From Octopus sinensis (Eukaryota), in contig NC_043010.1 in NCBI RefSeq assembly GCF_006345805.1, forward strand, positions 52,018,001 through 52,082,000: 64,000 nucleotides of DNA. The letters run 5' to 3'. The position numbers were made by a program, and so were the translations under genes. The notes beneath the pieces were generated by a model. It saw nothing but the letters and a program-made list of their open reading frames with translations, did no database searches and had not been told where the DNA came from. Numbering within the stretch: the stretch's first letter is position 1; each line of letters begins with the position of its first letter. Positions 48,364-62,003 of this stretch are shown here, in pieces.

Positions 48364-49339
48364 AGACAGAAAATTATATTGATGACGGGCAAACACTGCT
48401 CAAAATATTTGACTTACTAGTCTTCTTCCTCACAGCAAACCAATATATTCTTTTTTGTGAGTGTTTTAATATTTAACCATTTGCCAACAGAGACCATCAC
48501 TATTTTCTTCATATTCTACTGTTTTACTTTCTTTTCCTTTGTTTTTTATTTTTCCTTACTGTTTAGTTTTATTTTCAATCTCAGGCAAATAAAGTTATAA
48601 AATGGAGACAAACATCAAATCTCTGCATTATTCTACTTTTTTTACTTTTTGTAATAAATCAGTATCATCAATGAGCTCTCTCTCTCTCCATCTCTCTCTC
48701 TCTCTCGCAAAACACTCACAGCTCTTTTGCAGATACACAAATATATACACATTCAAACACAAATACACACACACACACACACATCACTGACACACATTGT
48801 CCATACACACATACATGCACAGATATATTATAAAACTACAAGGAGGCCAAGTGCCAGGATCACCATGCCGGCTGGTAAATGTATAAATAACCATAGCATA
48901 ACATATAGAAATATATACAGATTAAACTAGTGTATTGTATATAAATAGAACAGTACTGACATACCCCACAACACCCACCCAACCAATTTCTGTCCCTCTC
49001 CCTCGACCAACATTGTACCCACAAAGTCTCACATTTTGTTTTCAGAAAATTTTTTTTTATTTATATATATATATTTTTTTTTTTTTAAACTATTTTCCTT
49101 CGTTTTTTTTTTTTCTCCTCAACTTCAGAACTGTCTTGATGTGTGTAATGTATTTATTGTTTTTCTCTACATCAGAACTGTCAGTAACTTGTTTCTGTAT
49201 GAGTGAGAGAGAGAGAGATTGCATCTTCATATGTATGTGCATGTATGATATATATATATATACACATGTACATACTATTTTTATTGGCTTTAGTCATTCA
49301 CAGTTATAGCCATGCTGGGAAATAGCAGCACTAGCATCA

Positions 49340-49370
49340 TCATCACTGTGTGTGTGCGTGTGTTTGTGTG

Positions 49371-49403
<33 letters not shown>

Positions 49404-49438
49404 ATATATATGTGTGTGTATATATATATAAATATATA

Positions 49439-49474
<36 letters not shown>

Positions 49475-49740
49475 CACATACACACATACATATAAATATA
49501 TATATATACACATACATGTGTATGTATATGAGTATACATATACGCACACACATTACACATGGGAATGAGTTTGTGTGAAACTGCATACATGAGTTATATG
49601 AATGTATGTATATATATATATATATATGTACGTATGTAATGAATGTGTGTAACAAAGGATGTGTATATGTTTGTGCATGTGACTGTTTTTCATGTATGGA
49701 CGTGTGTGTGTGTACAATGAACATGTATACATACATAAAA
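49340..49740. repeat. Compound (TA)/(TG)/(CA) microsatellite
   Basis: Direct inspection. Confidence 0.9.
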
Positions 49741-50834
49741 AAAACAACAACAAATGCGTCTCATATGTGCATGCGTACATGTGCACAAGGACACCAATGA
49801 TGCTGCAGAGTGCTTCGGTTTTGTGCATTAAAACACTAGACATTGCAGTAGAGACAGCTGGAAACAAGATTGATAAAGACCAAGTAGTAGCCGATCAAGA
49901 AGAAGAAGAAGAAGAAGAGGAGGAGGAGGAGGAGAAAGGAACAGGTATTTTAAGCCGGCTCTTTTTTTTTTTTTTTTTTCAAAGTTTTTTTTTTTGTTGT
50001 TGTGTGTGTGTTGTATGTTATTACATACCGCCTTGCTCTCCTGAAACACCACAGGTAGTTGACACTCACAAAGATTCTATGCACACACACACATACACGT
50101 GCAGACAAAGACAAACACACACACACAATCACTACGTCACATCACATTACAGGTATGATATGATTTTGTTGTTGATTGAGATGATGCTAATGCTGTATAA
50201 AACCGTTGTATCCAATTCATAAATGCACCATGACATCACCATTGTATACACACACAAGTATATACATACATCTATGTAAGTACATACATACATACATAAA
50301 TATATATATATGTGTGCGTATATATATATATTATATATATATATATATGTATACATGTGCAAATACATACATATGTAAGTATATATAAATATATACATAA
50401 ACCTTGCCAACCCAGTTGTCCTTTCTTTTTCAATTTTAGTTTTAAATCCTCACCCCTTTGATATCAATACCTTCCCCCCATCCCTAGATCCCCAGTGTCT
50501 TCCATACCCATCCCACCCAACGCAGCAATTAATGATAACTGAATTATTAATATACAATAAATTTCAACCCTTGCCACCATCACCACCAACCCGTCAAAAA
50601 AAAAAAACCCCAAAACAAACCCCTAAATTTTTTGTTGTTGTTGTTGATCTGTCTTATCACAGTATGTCAGACGCGTCACTTGGAGAATGAGAAAGAGAGG
50701 AGAGGGTAGAGAGGAAAGAGAGAGAGAGAGAGAGAGAAAGAGAACAATTTTCCCACAACAGTGATGACATGTCAAACCCACCCCACCCAACCACCGAAAA
50801 CCACAAAGACCATCATTTGCTTCCACCTCTTGCT

Positions 50835-51048
50835 TTTTCTTTACTTCCCACAAGGGGCCAAACAAGGACAGACAAAGGGATTAAGTCGATTACATCACCC
50901 CAGTGCGTAACTGGTACTTATTTAATCGACCCCGAAAGGATGAAAGGCAAAGTCGACCTCGGCAGAATTTGAACTCAGAACGTAGTGGCAGACGAAATAC
51001 TGCTAAGCATTTCGCCCGGCGTGCTAACATTTCTGCCAGCTCGCCGCC
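50835..51048 (-). mobile_element. SINE family B in the presumed PCMTD1 3' UTR
   Basis: Homology to 20853-21081. Confidence 0.82.
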
Positions 51049-51561
51049 AACTAATGCCTCCTCCTCGTGTTGACTCATTCATCCAAGGTCAATAAGCCAT
51101 AATCACTGGTATGTGTCCTACATATGTCAACTGTGCCAATCGGCATAGCCTGTTTCGTCCCTGTCCATCGTTGCTGCTGAATCCATCCTTGTCGGTCACT
51201 GTGGCCATCATTTCCATTTGATGCCATCAGCCCTCCATCTCTGTCCCTTATTGTCAATCATTACTACCCCTTCCCACCACCCTATTGCTTTGTCTGCTTG
51301 TAGTCATCACCAGTCCCACCCCAGTGTTATCACTGTCGCAATATTTTGTCCTCTGTCTCCGTGTGTTGTCTGTTTAAGCCCTTACCCCAACCCCCAGAAA
51401 CCACAACAACAACAACAAGATCTCATTTCAGTGCCAACAGTTTCCTGAAGGATAAGAAAAAAAAAACAAAAGGGGCAGTAGGTGGGAAAAGAAGAGAAAG
51501 AGGAAATAAGAGTGGAGTGTGGTCTGGGGAGGTTGCTTGCACTCACAGCCAAAACTTGTGC

Positions 51562-52919
51562 TCACAGCCTGTAGTACATGAGAAAAGACTTGAGTGCAGG
51601 TGGCAGGGGTAGCTTCTCTACTCGCTCCTTCATGTATTTCGTGATGGATACCCTTGGAGCCCGCTCAGTGCTCTCGGTGAGGTTGTAGCCGGAACCCTGT
51701 GACCAAGCACCGCTGTCGGTGCCCGGTGAATCTTTGTTACTTCCGCTACTACTGTCTTTCCTGCTACCCCTACGATTGCTACTGTTGTCGCTATTGCCTG
51801 TTCCACTGTTTTTCATCCCACAGTCTATGTCTGACTGGTCGCTGGTCACTCCGACAGTGCCAGATGTGTCGTTGCTCGGACTAGTTGATGACCACCACTG
51901 CTTGCCGACAATGATGTTGGTGGTGGCGGCGGTGGTGGTAGTAGTAGAGGTGGTGTTGTTGTTGGCGGCAGTGGAAGTTGTGGTCACAGGAGCCGTTGCT
52001 GAAGTGCTAGTTATGGTCTCGGTACATGCCATTTCTTCCTCTTCTGCCTCCTGTTGCTCTGTCTCTTTCTCATCCTTCTCCTGCTGCACAGGCATATTGC
52101 CATTCAGCAGGTTTGCATTGGTGAAGCCAAAGTTCTCGTCTTCATCATCGGAATCAGAGTCATCCTCCTCCTCCTCTTCCTCTTCCGTGAGCATCTCTTG
52201 TGGCTCATTCAGATTAAAAGATGGCGATGAGGATGCAAAGGCTCCAGGCTGCTGCTCTTCTTGGGGTTTCAAGGGACTCCTTTCTGCAACTGTTCCTCCT
52301 CCAGATGTTGCTGCTGTTGCTGCTGCTGCCACCACCGCTGTTGAGTTCCTCTCTCCTTCTCGTCTGCCACTACGGCGACTAATTCTGGTGCCAGCGCCCT
52401 CTATATGGTACAGCATGTCCTCTTCCTCTTCTCTGCTGCCCCCTGTGCTGATGAGAATACCTTCTTTCGGGCCGTTGCGTGAGAAGAAACGGTAGCGTGC
52501 AAGTTTCCTGGCACGTGGTGTCGATGTGCCATCTCCTGGCTCATCAACATCCATTTTATCACTGGATTTGGAGATCTTTGAGCCCACTCGCCGCCTGGGG
52601 TTTGCGCTGGACGGCATCTCACTGTCATCTTTGTTTTGGTCTGGGTCAGAACTCTGACCCCGACCTGAACTCGAGGTGGAATCTTGGTCGACGCCATCGT
52701 CCTCGTAGTCGTCCTCGTCTTCATAGTCATCATCATCTTCCCCTTCTCCTTCGTCTTCACTGGAGAAGTTCTGCAACATCATCTGGAACTTGATGCCAGT
52801 CTTCCGTGAGCACTTGCTGGGTGGCTGTTTGTCTTGGTGGTTTTCCAGTATCAGGTCACGCAGAATGCAACGAATGGTTAATCTTGCGGCTTCCTGTAAA
52901 GTTGGCATGGTTACTTCAG
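51562..52919 (-). CDS. PCMTD1: PCMTD1 last coding exon: BC-box, long acidic/Ser-Thr low-complexity spacer, Cul5-box
   Basis: TTTCAG acceptor; TLQEAARLTIR (BC box) and LPLPPALKSFLMYYR (Cul box); the four exons total 2058 nt = 685 aa + stop. Confidence 0.9.
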
Positions 52920-53569
52920 CTGAAATATATAGAAAAAGAAAAAGAAATCATGTTAAATCAGTAATAATAATAATAATAATAAAAATTTTACAAATAATTT
53001 AAACTTCATGAATAACAATAATAATGATCTTAACTGATCAAAAGTGTTATCATGTACATTGTTTTGTCTTGGTATAAAAGATGGACTACAGCAAATATTC
53101 TGCTCAATACCACAGATTTGCTTGTCAGTTGTTTGACCTTAACCAGTTGAGCATGTCCCTTAGTGGCTGACAATATGTGCATCTCTGATCACGAGCAGAA
53201 GTAGTGGGGGAGCATCACAGCCGTGTGTTGAAAGGAATTCTTGGAGGTTTGGATAATTCACCTTTGGCAATATGGGTGGTTTGTTCAGCATCCTTAAACA
53301 ACCCTTAATCAGGGACCTTTTGAGTGGGATGGGTTACTCGACCAGAAGAAAATTCTAACTGGACCCCACCTGCAAGGTCATGTGCTGTTTATCTTGATCT
53401 GAGATCACAGTGTCGCGCACATATGGTTGTGATGCATTTGCCTAGTGTACCCTTATCAGACGGGTTGTTATGACGGGTATACTGGGCTTCGTATATTTTA
53501 CCCCAGTGCCACTTTGATGGCATGCACTGCTCTTTCACATAATAATAATAATAATTGAAATCAAATTCA

Positions 53570-53925
53570 ATGACAGGCATCTATGTAAGTGGAGCGCTAA
53601 GAGCACCATTCGAGCGTGATCGTTACCAGCATTGCTTTACTGGCACTTGTGCCAGTGACACGTGAAAAAGCATTCAAGCGAGGTCATTGCCAGTGCCGCT
53701 GGACTGGCTCCTGTGTACCATCTGAGCGTGGTCATTGCCAATACCGCCTGACTGGCCCTTGTGCCGGTGGCAAGTAAAAGCACCCACTACACTCTCAGAG
53801 TGGTTGGCGCCAAATCAAGATTGGAGCCTGGTGCAGCCATCTGGTTTGCCAGACCTCAGTCAAATCGTCCAACCCATACTAGCATGGAAAGTGGACGTTA
53901 AACGATGATGATGATGATGATGATG
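53570..53925 (+). mobile_element. Family D retroposon with internal repeats
   Basis: Homology to 32672-33022; (GAT)n tail. Confidence 0.78.
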
Positions 53926-54535
53926 AATAATGGTTTCTAATTTATGAATGAGGCCAGCGAGTTTGATGGAAGTGGGTTGTTCATTGATATCATCAACCAT
54001 TGTACTTGACTGGTACTTTATCATATTGACCTAGTGAAAGGATAAAAAGCAAAACAGACAGCAGGATGCAAAACCTCAACCTAATGAGCCAGGAGAGATT
54101 CTGCAAAAGGGTTCTGTCCAACATTAATGATTCAGCCAATACACTGCTTTATAATAACAATTCTTTCTGATTCAGGCACAAAGCCAGCAATTTTGAAGGG
54201 GAAGGAAGTAGTTAATACTATTGAACCCACTCTGCACCCCAGTAATTTACTGGTACTGTATTCTATCAGCCCCAGAAGGATGAAAAGTATAGTGAACCTA
54301 AGCTGGAATGATACCACAAAGCATATTTTCTAACCTTCACAATTCTGCCAGCTTGCCACTTTATAATAATGGTTTCAAATTTTGGCACAAGGCCAGCAAC
54401 TTTGGGGGAGGGAGTAAGTCAATAACATTGACCCCAGTGTTTTACTGGTACTTATTTTACTGACACTGAAAGGACAAAAGGGAAAGGTGACCATGGCAAA
54501 ATTTGAACCCAGAACATGAAGAGGGATGAAATACC

Positions 54536-54755
54536 TATTTCTTTATTACCCACAAGGGGCTAAACACAGAGGGGACAAACGGATTAAGTCGATTACATCA
54601 ACCTCCAGTGCGTAACTGGTACTTAATTTATCGACCCCAAAAGGATGAAAGGCAAAGTCGACCTCGGCGAAATTTGAACTCACAACGTAGCAGCAGACGA
54701 AATATGGCTACGCATTTCGTCCGGCATGCTAACGTTTCTGCCAGCTCACCGCCTT
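54536..54755 (-). mobile_element. SINE family B nested in an older B-like copy
   Basis: TSD AGGGATGAAATACC on both sides. Confidence 0.83.
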
Positions 54756-55124
54756 AAGGGATGAAATACCGCTAAGTATTTCACCCAGTGTGCCGCCTTA
54801 CGCCACTTTGTAATAATGCTGGCTTTTAATACTTAGCAGAGAAATGACCTCTGGACAGTGTTTCAGTTAGTTTTAATATGTTAAACAAAATTAATATATT
54901 ACCAAACAATAAATGCAGAGTTGACATAGGCACAGAAAATAACCCAAGGCTTTCCAAATGTATAAACCATAGTTTACATGTCTGTGTATAACAGAATGAA
55001 ACTTCAAATGAAAAAATCGGTATGTAACTTTGATATGATAAATAGGCGTAGTGTAAAAATTTTCACAAGTATTTTCAAAGTATCTCAAAGAAAACTTTGT
55101 AATAATTTATTTTTAATGAAAACA

Positions 55125-55160
<36 letters not shown>

Positions 55161-55692
55161 AGACAGTGCTGCAAGGAAAGAAAATTAGAAGTAACAGAGT
55201 GTGTGGGTAAAGATGAAAAGTATTAAATTAAATAACAGAAGGGATACAACTGAAGTGAGAGAGTGTGAAGAGAGAAAAATATAAAAAATGAGAGAGAAGT
55301 TAAAAGAATAGGGAAAGAAAAAGGCTAATAGTAACAGGGGTAGTAAACAAAACGATGGGGGTGGGTGGGAGAGAAGCAGTGTTGCATGGAAACAGAGTAG
55401 AAGAAAAGTGCAATAGAAAGGAGACAAAGAAGGAAGAGAGTAAGATGTTAAAAACGCTGGCCATCTCGCAGTAAATCAAAACCAGTTTTCTGATAGCATA
55501 ATGTGCTGCCCTTCCCAATATCAACCACTTTACCAGAAGTACTAGATCCACATTATTGTGGTACCAACACTGGAGAGGTTGTTGGGTCTTTCATATAAGT
55601 AAAAGGTTCCCCACAAGGCTTGTAATTATTTTGGCAAGTATCTACAGTTGATGTGAAAGAAAATAAAATGTTGAAGAAGGATGCTTGTTTAA

Positions 55693-55911
55693 CCCTTTCG
55701 TTACCAACCCGGCTGAAACTGGCTCTGGCTCTGTAGTACAAATGTCTTGTTTTCATAAGTTTTGAATTAAAATCTTCCACCAAGCCTTAGTCACAATTTA
55801 TGTTCCTAACACTAGCTGAATGATAACTAAGTTATTTTACTAAATTCTTTGTTATATTTAAAGTAATTAAAAAAAACAGAGCATCTCAAAATAAATACAT
55901 TAACGAAAGAG
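55693..55911. mobile_element. Second piggyBac-type MITE family
   Basis: TTAA|CCCTTTCGTTA ... TAACGAAAGAG|TTAA. Confidence 0.75.
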
Positions 55912-56144
55912 TTAACTCCAGATCACTCTAAATCACTGGTTCTCAACCATTTAAAAAAAAATTATGGACCCCTTTGATGCTTAAAAACTAGGTTTACAGA
56001 TACTTCTTTCAAAATCCCTATTTTGTTCATCACACCACATTCACTTGTTTAGTTTGAATTATGTAAAATGTCAGAGAAAGAAACTGAGCTGTTTCTTGCA
56101 ATACATACATCAAAACCAAAATTTTTTCATGGACTCTTAAAATA

Positions 56145-56365
56145 TTGGGTTGTCCAGAAAGTTTGTACCGATTTATAGTATCTTACCGTTCGACTTATTT
56201 TAGAACATGGTTGAGTCCATAAAATAGGATTTGACTACACCTCCATTTGGAGCACAGTTTAAGCTATCTTTTTGTGGAAGAAGATTTATGTTCCTATAAC
56301 CTGTGTTAATTCTGTAACCCTTTAAAATGGAAGATAAGAAAGTTCATTTTTGACACTTGATGCTT
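56145..56365 (+). mobile_element. 5' part of the same mariner family as 39517
   Basis: Near-identical to 39517-39735, including the TIR. Confidence 0.8.
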
Positions 56366-56657
56366 GTTTTTGTTACATGTTATTCCGTGTTCTGAATACT
56401 TTTATTTTAATAAATGTTGCTTACTGCAAGTTATGGATGATTCTTTTATGACTTCATTGCTTTCAGGCTTAGCTTAAGGTATTTTCGCACCTGACATCAC
56501 AAAATGCGTCTGAATAAACATTGCCGGACAGCAAATAGAGACTCTGACATTGCTTAGAAAATAATTTTCATTTTTAACCTCGTATATAATATGCACTAGG
56601 GATTTTGACCGTTAAATTTTGGGAAAAAGATTAAGGATTATACTCGAGGATTTACGG
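56365..56657. mobile_element. Right half of the 38037 MITE family
   Basis: Homologous body ending GGATTATACTCGAGGATTTACGG|TA. Confidence 0.75.
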
Positions 56658-56829
56658 TATGTGAAAAAATATCTGACAGTTGGAGAGAGAGAGAGATAAT
56701 AGCATTTAAGGAATAGAAAGAGTAAGAAAGAAAATTAAGCAGAAATACAGATGACAGAAGAGAGAAAGACAGAGAGAAGAGGCAAAAAGAAACAAAAAGT
56801 AAAAAAGAAATTATACAAAGAGAACTCAC

Positions 56830-56947
56830 GTAATTCACAGACATTTGAAGCCTGGCTTTTAGTTGGCATAATAAGAGAGGCAAAGGACACAGGTAGCACA
56901 ATTTTGGTCTCCCATGAAATTTCACTGACTCGACAGGTCTGGACCAG
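56830..56947 (-). CDS. PCMTD1: PCMTD1 coding exon 3 (LVQTCRVSEISWETKIVLPVSFASLIMP...)
   Basis: TTCCAG acceptor, GTGAGT donor, W..K..L.VSFA.L motif. Confidence 0.9.
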
Positions 56948-57240
56948 CTGGAAGAAGAAAGTAAAAGAGAAAAGTTAGTTTAAATCAGTATTTTATATTT
57001 TTTAATTCCTACTTTGGTCATTACTATGGGATTCTGTACTGAGAGGATTTATTTCTAAGATGCAAGTGTGTGTAAAGTTTCTTCTTGATGGAAGACTAGC
57101 AGTTGCCCATGTATCTAAAAGTCTCCCTTTTCCAAGTAAACACAGAACACAGCAATTGGGAGTGGCTGCTTGGACACTGGAAATTTACATGGTTGACTGA
57201 ATATTGAACCCATTCTGGTGACAATATTTTTTGGTGCTAG

Positions 57241-57271
<31 letters not shown>

Positions 57272-57454
57272 AACGTGTACAAGCAGAAGTATACAGATAC
57301 AGACAGAAAACAGTTACAGAAAACAATTACAAGTTATTAATTGAAAACAACTGACATAAACACACTTCTCTCCCCATACATATAAAAAGAAATAGGCTTA
57401 CACACATGAACAGAAAGAGAGGAGGAAGGGAGAGAGAGAGAGAGAGACATTTAA

Positions 57455-57835
57455 TTGGCTGTGTGGTAAGTAGCTTGCTTACCAACCACATGGTTCTGGG
57501 TTCAGTCCCACTGTGTGGCACCTTGGGCAAGTGTCTTCTACTATAGCCTCGGGCCGACCAAAGCCTTGTGAGTGGATTTGGTAGACGGAAACTGAAAGAA
57601 GCCCGTCGTATGTGTGTGTGTGTATGTTTGTGTGTCTGTGTTTGTCCCCCCCCCCACATCGCTTGACAACCGATGCTGGTGTGTTTACGTCCCCGTAACT
57701 TAGCGGTTCGGCAAAAGAGACCAATAGAATAAGTACTAGGCTTCCAAAGAATAAATCCGGGGTCGATTTGCTCGACTAAAGGCAGTGCTCCAGCATGGCC
57801 ACAGTCAAATGACTGAAACGAGTAAAAGAGTAAAG
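57455..57835 (+). mobile_element. SINE family A
   Basis: Homology to 7030-7416. Confidence 0.85.
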
Positions 57836-57894
57836 AGGTCTCTAACTGAAATGCCTCTCCCCTCTCAAAAAATTCCTTGTCTTGCAAATTACCC

Positions 57895-58202
57895 GATGAC
57901 CCTGCCGGTGCTGATGCCATGTAAAAAGTATCCAGTCCCCACTGTGAAGTGGTTGGTATTTGAAAGGGCATCCAGCTGCAAAAACCATGCCAAAACTGAC
58001 CTTGCCTGTACTAGTGCCACATAAAAAGCACTCAGTCTACTCAGCAGGGTGGTTGGTGTTAGGAAGGGCATCCAGTTGTAAAAACCATGCAAAAACTGAC
58101 ACAGTGGTCTGGTGTAGTCTTCTACCTAGCCAGCTCCTGTCAAACCGTCCAACGCATGCCAGCATGGAAGGCAGACATTAAACGATGATGATGATGATGA
58201 TG
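57895..58202 (+). mobile_element. Family D retroposon with duplicated internal module
   Basis: Two AAGGGCATCCAG modules; (GAT)n tail. Confidence 0.72.
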
Positions 58203-58557
58203 AACTGAAATGTACATGCATCGAATTGGTTCATCAAACCTTGGAATACACCAGCAATGAAAGAATATGCTGGAAAGTGTGTCTTGACACAGAGAGAGAG
58301 AGAGAGAGAGAGATTTCAGGTGATGAAGAAAGTAATTGTTTATACAAATGATTCCATCAACTTTGAGATGTTGAAAGCAAAAGCAATAAATCAGTAGTTA
58401 TTAAGGGCAGGGAAATTGCCTTTCTTGAGAATGGTATAAGGTACAAAAATCACGTAGCAACCATGTGGTTTTGGATTTCATCTCACTGTATGGTGGCCCT
58501 TCCTACTATAACTCTGAGCTGACCAACAGCTTGTGAATGAATGTGTGTGTGAGTTTG

Positions 58558-58975
58558 TTATTTCTTTTATAGCACACAAGGGGCTAAATATAGAGGGGAC
58601 AAACAAGGACAGACAAAAGGATTAAGTCGATTATATCGACCCCAGTGCGTAACTGGTACTTAATTTATCGACCCCGAAAGGATGAAAGGCAAAGTCAACC
58701 TCGGCAGAATTTGAACTGAGAATGTAATGGCAGGCAAAATACCTATTTCTTTACTACCCACAAGGGGCTAAACACAGAGGGGACAAACAAGGACAGACAA
58801 AGGGATTAAGTCAATTACATCGACCCCAGTGCGTAACTGGTACTTATTTAATCGACCCCAGAAGGATGAAAGGCAAAGTCGACCTCAGCGGAATTTGAAC
58901 TCAGAATGTAACGGCAGACGAAATATGGCTACACATTTCACCCGGCATGCTAACGTTTCTGCCAGCTCGCCGCCT
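58558..58975 (-). mobile_element. SINE family B dimer
   Basis: Two copies joined at AAAATACC (about 58740). Confidence 0.83.
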
Positions 58976-59906
58976 TGTCTGTGTGTGTTTGTGTGTGTTT
59001 ATGTGTGTGTGTACATGTGATTTTGTTTCATAGGAGACATAAATATTGCAAAGACATCACACACATATACACACGTGCTTGTGGCTGTGTAGTTAAGATA
59101 TTTGCTTCCCAACTATATGGCATATGGTTTTGGGTTCAGTCACACTGTGTAGTTATCTTGGGCAAGTGTCTTCCATAGTGCCAGGATTCCCAAAGCCTTA
59201 TGAGTGAATGTGGTAGACAGAAAATGAAAGAAGCCTGGCATGTACACGCATGTGTGTGTGTGTGTGTGTACGAGTGCCCTTGTTTTGACATCACATGACA
59301 GTTGTAAATCATAAAAAATGATGTCTTGTTTCCAATACTCCATAGAATGGACTATTGGCCATGGGGAAATATTACCTTACTTGGAAACAGATGAAGGTTG
59401 GTGACAGAAAGAGCATCAGGCCATGAAAAATCTGCCTCAATGAATTTCATCAGACCCATGCAGGCATGGAAAAGTGGAAGCTAAGACAATTATTGATGAT
59501 GATGATTTCTGTTCATTAAATTTCTCTTGCAAGGCCCTAATAGAGGACACCTACCCTGCTAGGTGCCATACAGTGGAATTGAACTAAAAACCATGTGATT
59601 GCCAAGTGAACTTGTTAACCACACAACTAACTTTAAGCTTAAAATGATGAGAAAGAAAATGACATTTGAAAGATTCTTTTTCAAGTTGTGAAATATTCTG
59701 CAATAAGTTTGGCGTTAGGAAGGGCATCCAGCTGTAGAAACTCTGCCAGATCAAGATCGGAGCCTGGTGCAGCCATCTGGTTCGCCAGCCCTCAGTCAAA
59801 TTGTCCAACCCATGCTAGCATGGAAAGTGGATGTTAAATGATGATGATGATGAAGTAACAATCCCCCACTCACCAAAATTAACAACTACAAAAACAACAA
59901 CATTAC

Positions 59907-60181
59907 CTGTTCTTTGAGGGGCATAACAAGAATGCCTCCAATGCTGATTAAATTCTTCATGTAGTTTTCATGTTCAGCCGGACAAGCAGCACCACAGTAG
60001 ACGCGGTCATAAAGGCGGATTCCAGAACCGAGCTGCAAACAGTTGCCAACTGTAAACTTTGGTTCACAGAAATCAAATTCATCGAACATCTCCGACTTGG
60101 CTTTGAACTCTTCCAGTCTCTCGTTGGCATATTCCACTACATCTGGGTGAATTTCAATCCCATGATTTATTCCATAAGGGC
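59907..60181 (-). CDS. PCMTD1: PCMTD1 coding exon 2 (GPYGINHGIEIH...YDRVYCGA...GGILVMP)
   Basis: Methyltransferase motifs II and III; polypyrimidine tract plus AAG acceptor; GTAATG donor; phase consistent. Confidence 0.93.
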
Positions 60182-60264
60182 CTTAACAAAATAATAAAAA
60201 AAAAAAAAATAATGAAGTGAGATGTAGTAATAGACGACTACTATTGCCTATATATGCATACTAC

Positions 60265-60343
60265 ACTAAGTTACAGGGATGTAAACACACCAGCATCGGT
60301 TGTCAAGCGATGTTGGGGGGACAAACACAGACACACACACACA

Positions 60344-60386
<43 letters not shown>

Positions 60387-60545
60387 GACGGGCTTCTTTC
60401 AGTTTCCGTCTACCAAATCCACTCACAAGGCTTTGGTCGGTCTGAGGCTATAGTAGAAGACACTTGCTCAAGGTGCCACGCAGTGTGACTGAACCCGGAA
60501 CCATGTGGTTGGTAAGCAAGCTACTTACCACACAGCCACTCATGC
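60265..60545 (-). mobile_element. SINE family A (3' part missing)
   Basis: Homology to 7030-7416. Confidence 0.82.
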
Positions 60546-61067
60546 ACAAGATTATGTAACTAGTTACACAATACCCGAGAAGTGGATAGGGTGACTGTTA
60601 TAGCCAGGATACCTGTGATCATTGATACACATTCAAGCCTAACCTGTAGATAAATGATGACAGTTTTCTCCAATTAGGTATTATAGTCAAATAGCCTTCT
60701 TTCAGCTATTATCTAGACTGTGTATGGAATGGGGCAGCAAAAGTGACACTGTCTCATATATGTATGCAGTCCAATGTAGGTTTTCTATAAGTTTTGTAGA
60801 GATCACAAACTTACTGGGACTAAAGAGAGGAATCCTTATGTTTTTTATATTAGGTTGCTATGAAAGATAATAACTGTATTTTCAGGCATACAAGTTGGCA
60901 TATATAATGTAAACATTCATATGTTGTCACTATCTTTCCAAATTCTGCTGCATTCCCCCATGTAAACTTTGGCCCTTGAAAGTTGTTTTGATCTATAAGA
61001 CAACCTACCCTTTTTTGACAGTCAATTTTGGTCAGAAAAATTTGGCATGTAGAGATAATGAGGATTA

Positions 61068-61532
<465 letters not shown>

Positions 61533-61619
61533 TTAACTCCACCTTTATTTCCTTTCTTCCTTTGTTGTTATAACACTGCAATGAAGAGAATAAATAAGAA
61601 ATTGAAATACAGGTTATAT

Positions 61620-61985
61620 ACGCAGGCATGGCTGTGTGGTTAGGGAGCTTGCTTCCTAGCTACATGGTTTCGGGTTCAGTCCCACTGCGTGGCACTTTGG
61701 GTAGGTGTCTTCTACTATAGCCCCAAGCTGACTGGAGCTTTGTGATTGAATTCGGTAGGTGGAAGTTACTGCCGTGTGTGTATGTGTGCGTATAGCTGCT
61801 CAGTGCCTCTCCAAAAGAGAGAGAGAGGGATATAGGGCACAGGCACGGTTGAGTGGTTAAGAACTTTGCTTCCCAACCACATGGTTTGGGGTTCAGTCCC
61901 ACTGCTGCATAGTCTTCTACTATAGCCCTGGACCAACCAAAGCCTTATGATTGGATTTGATGAACAGAAACTGAAAGAAGCTATA
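61620..61985 (+). mobile_element. Two SINE family A 5' halves in tandem
   Basis: Heads at about 61620 and 61840. Confidence 0.72.
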
Positions 61986-62003
61986 GTCTATGTGTGTATA
62001 TAT

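Noticed and set aside
49290-50410. ORFs rich in YI, HT, CV and poly-E/F
   Set aside because: Microsatellite translations in the presumed 3' UTR
51719-52495. 258-aa + strand ORF rich in S, V and L
   Set aside because: Antisense shadow of the low-complexity PCMTD1 exon
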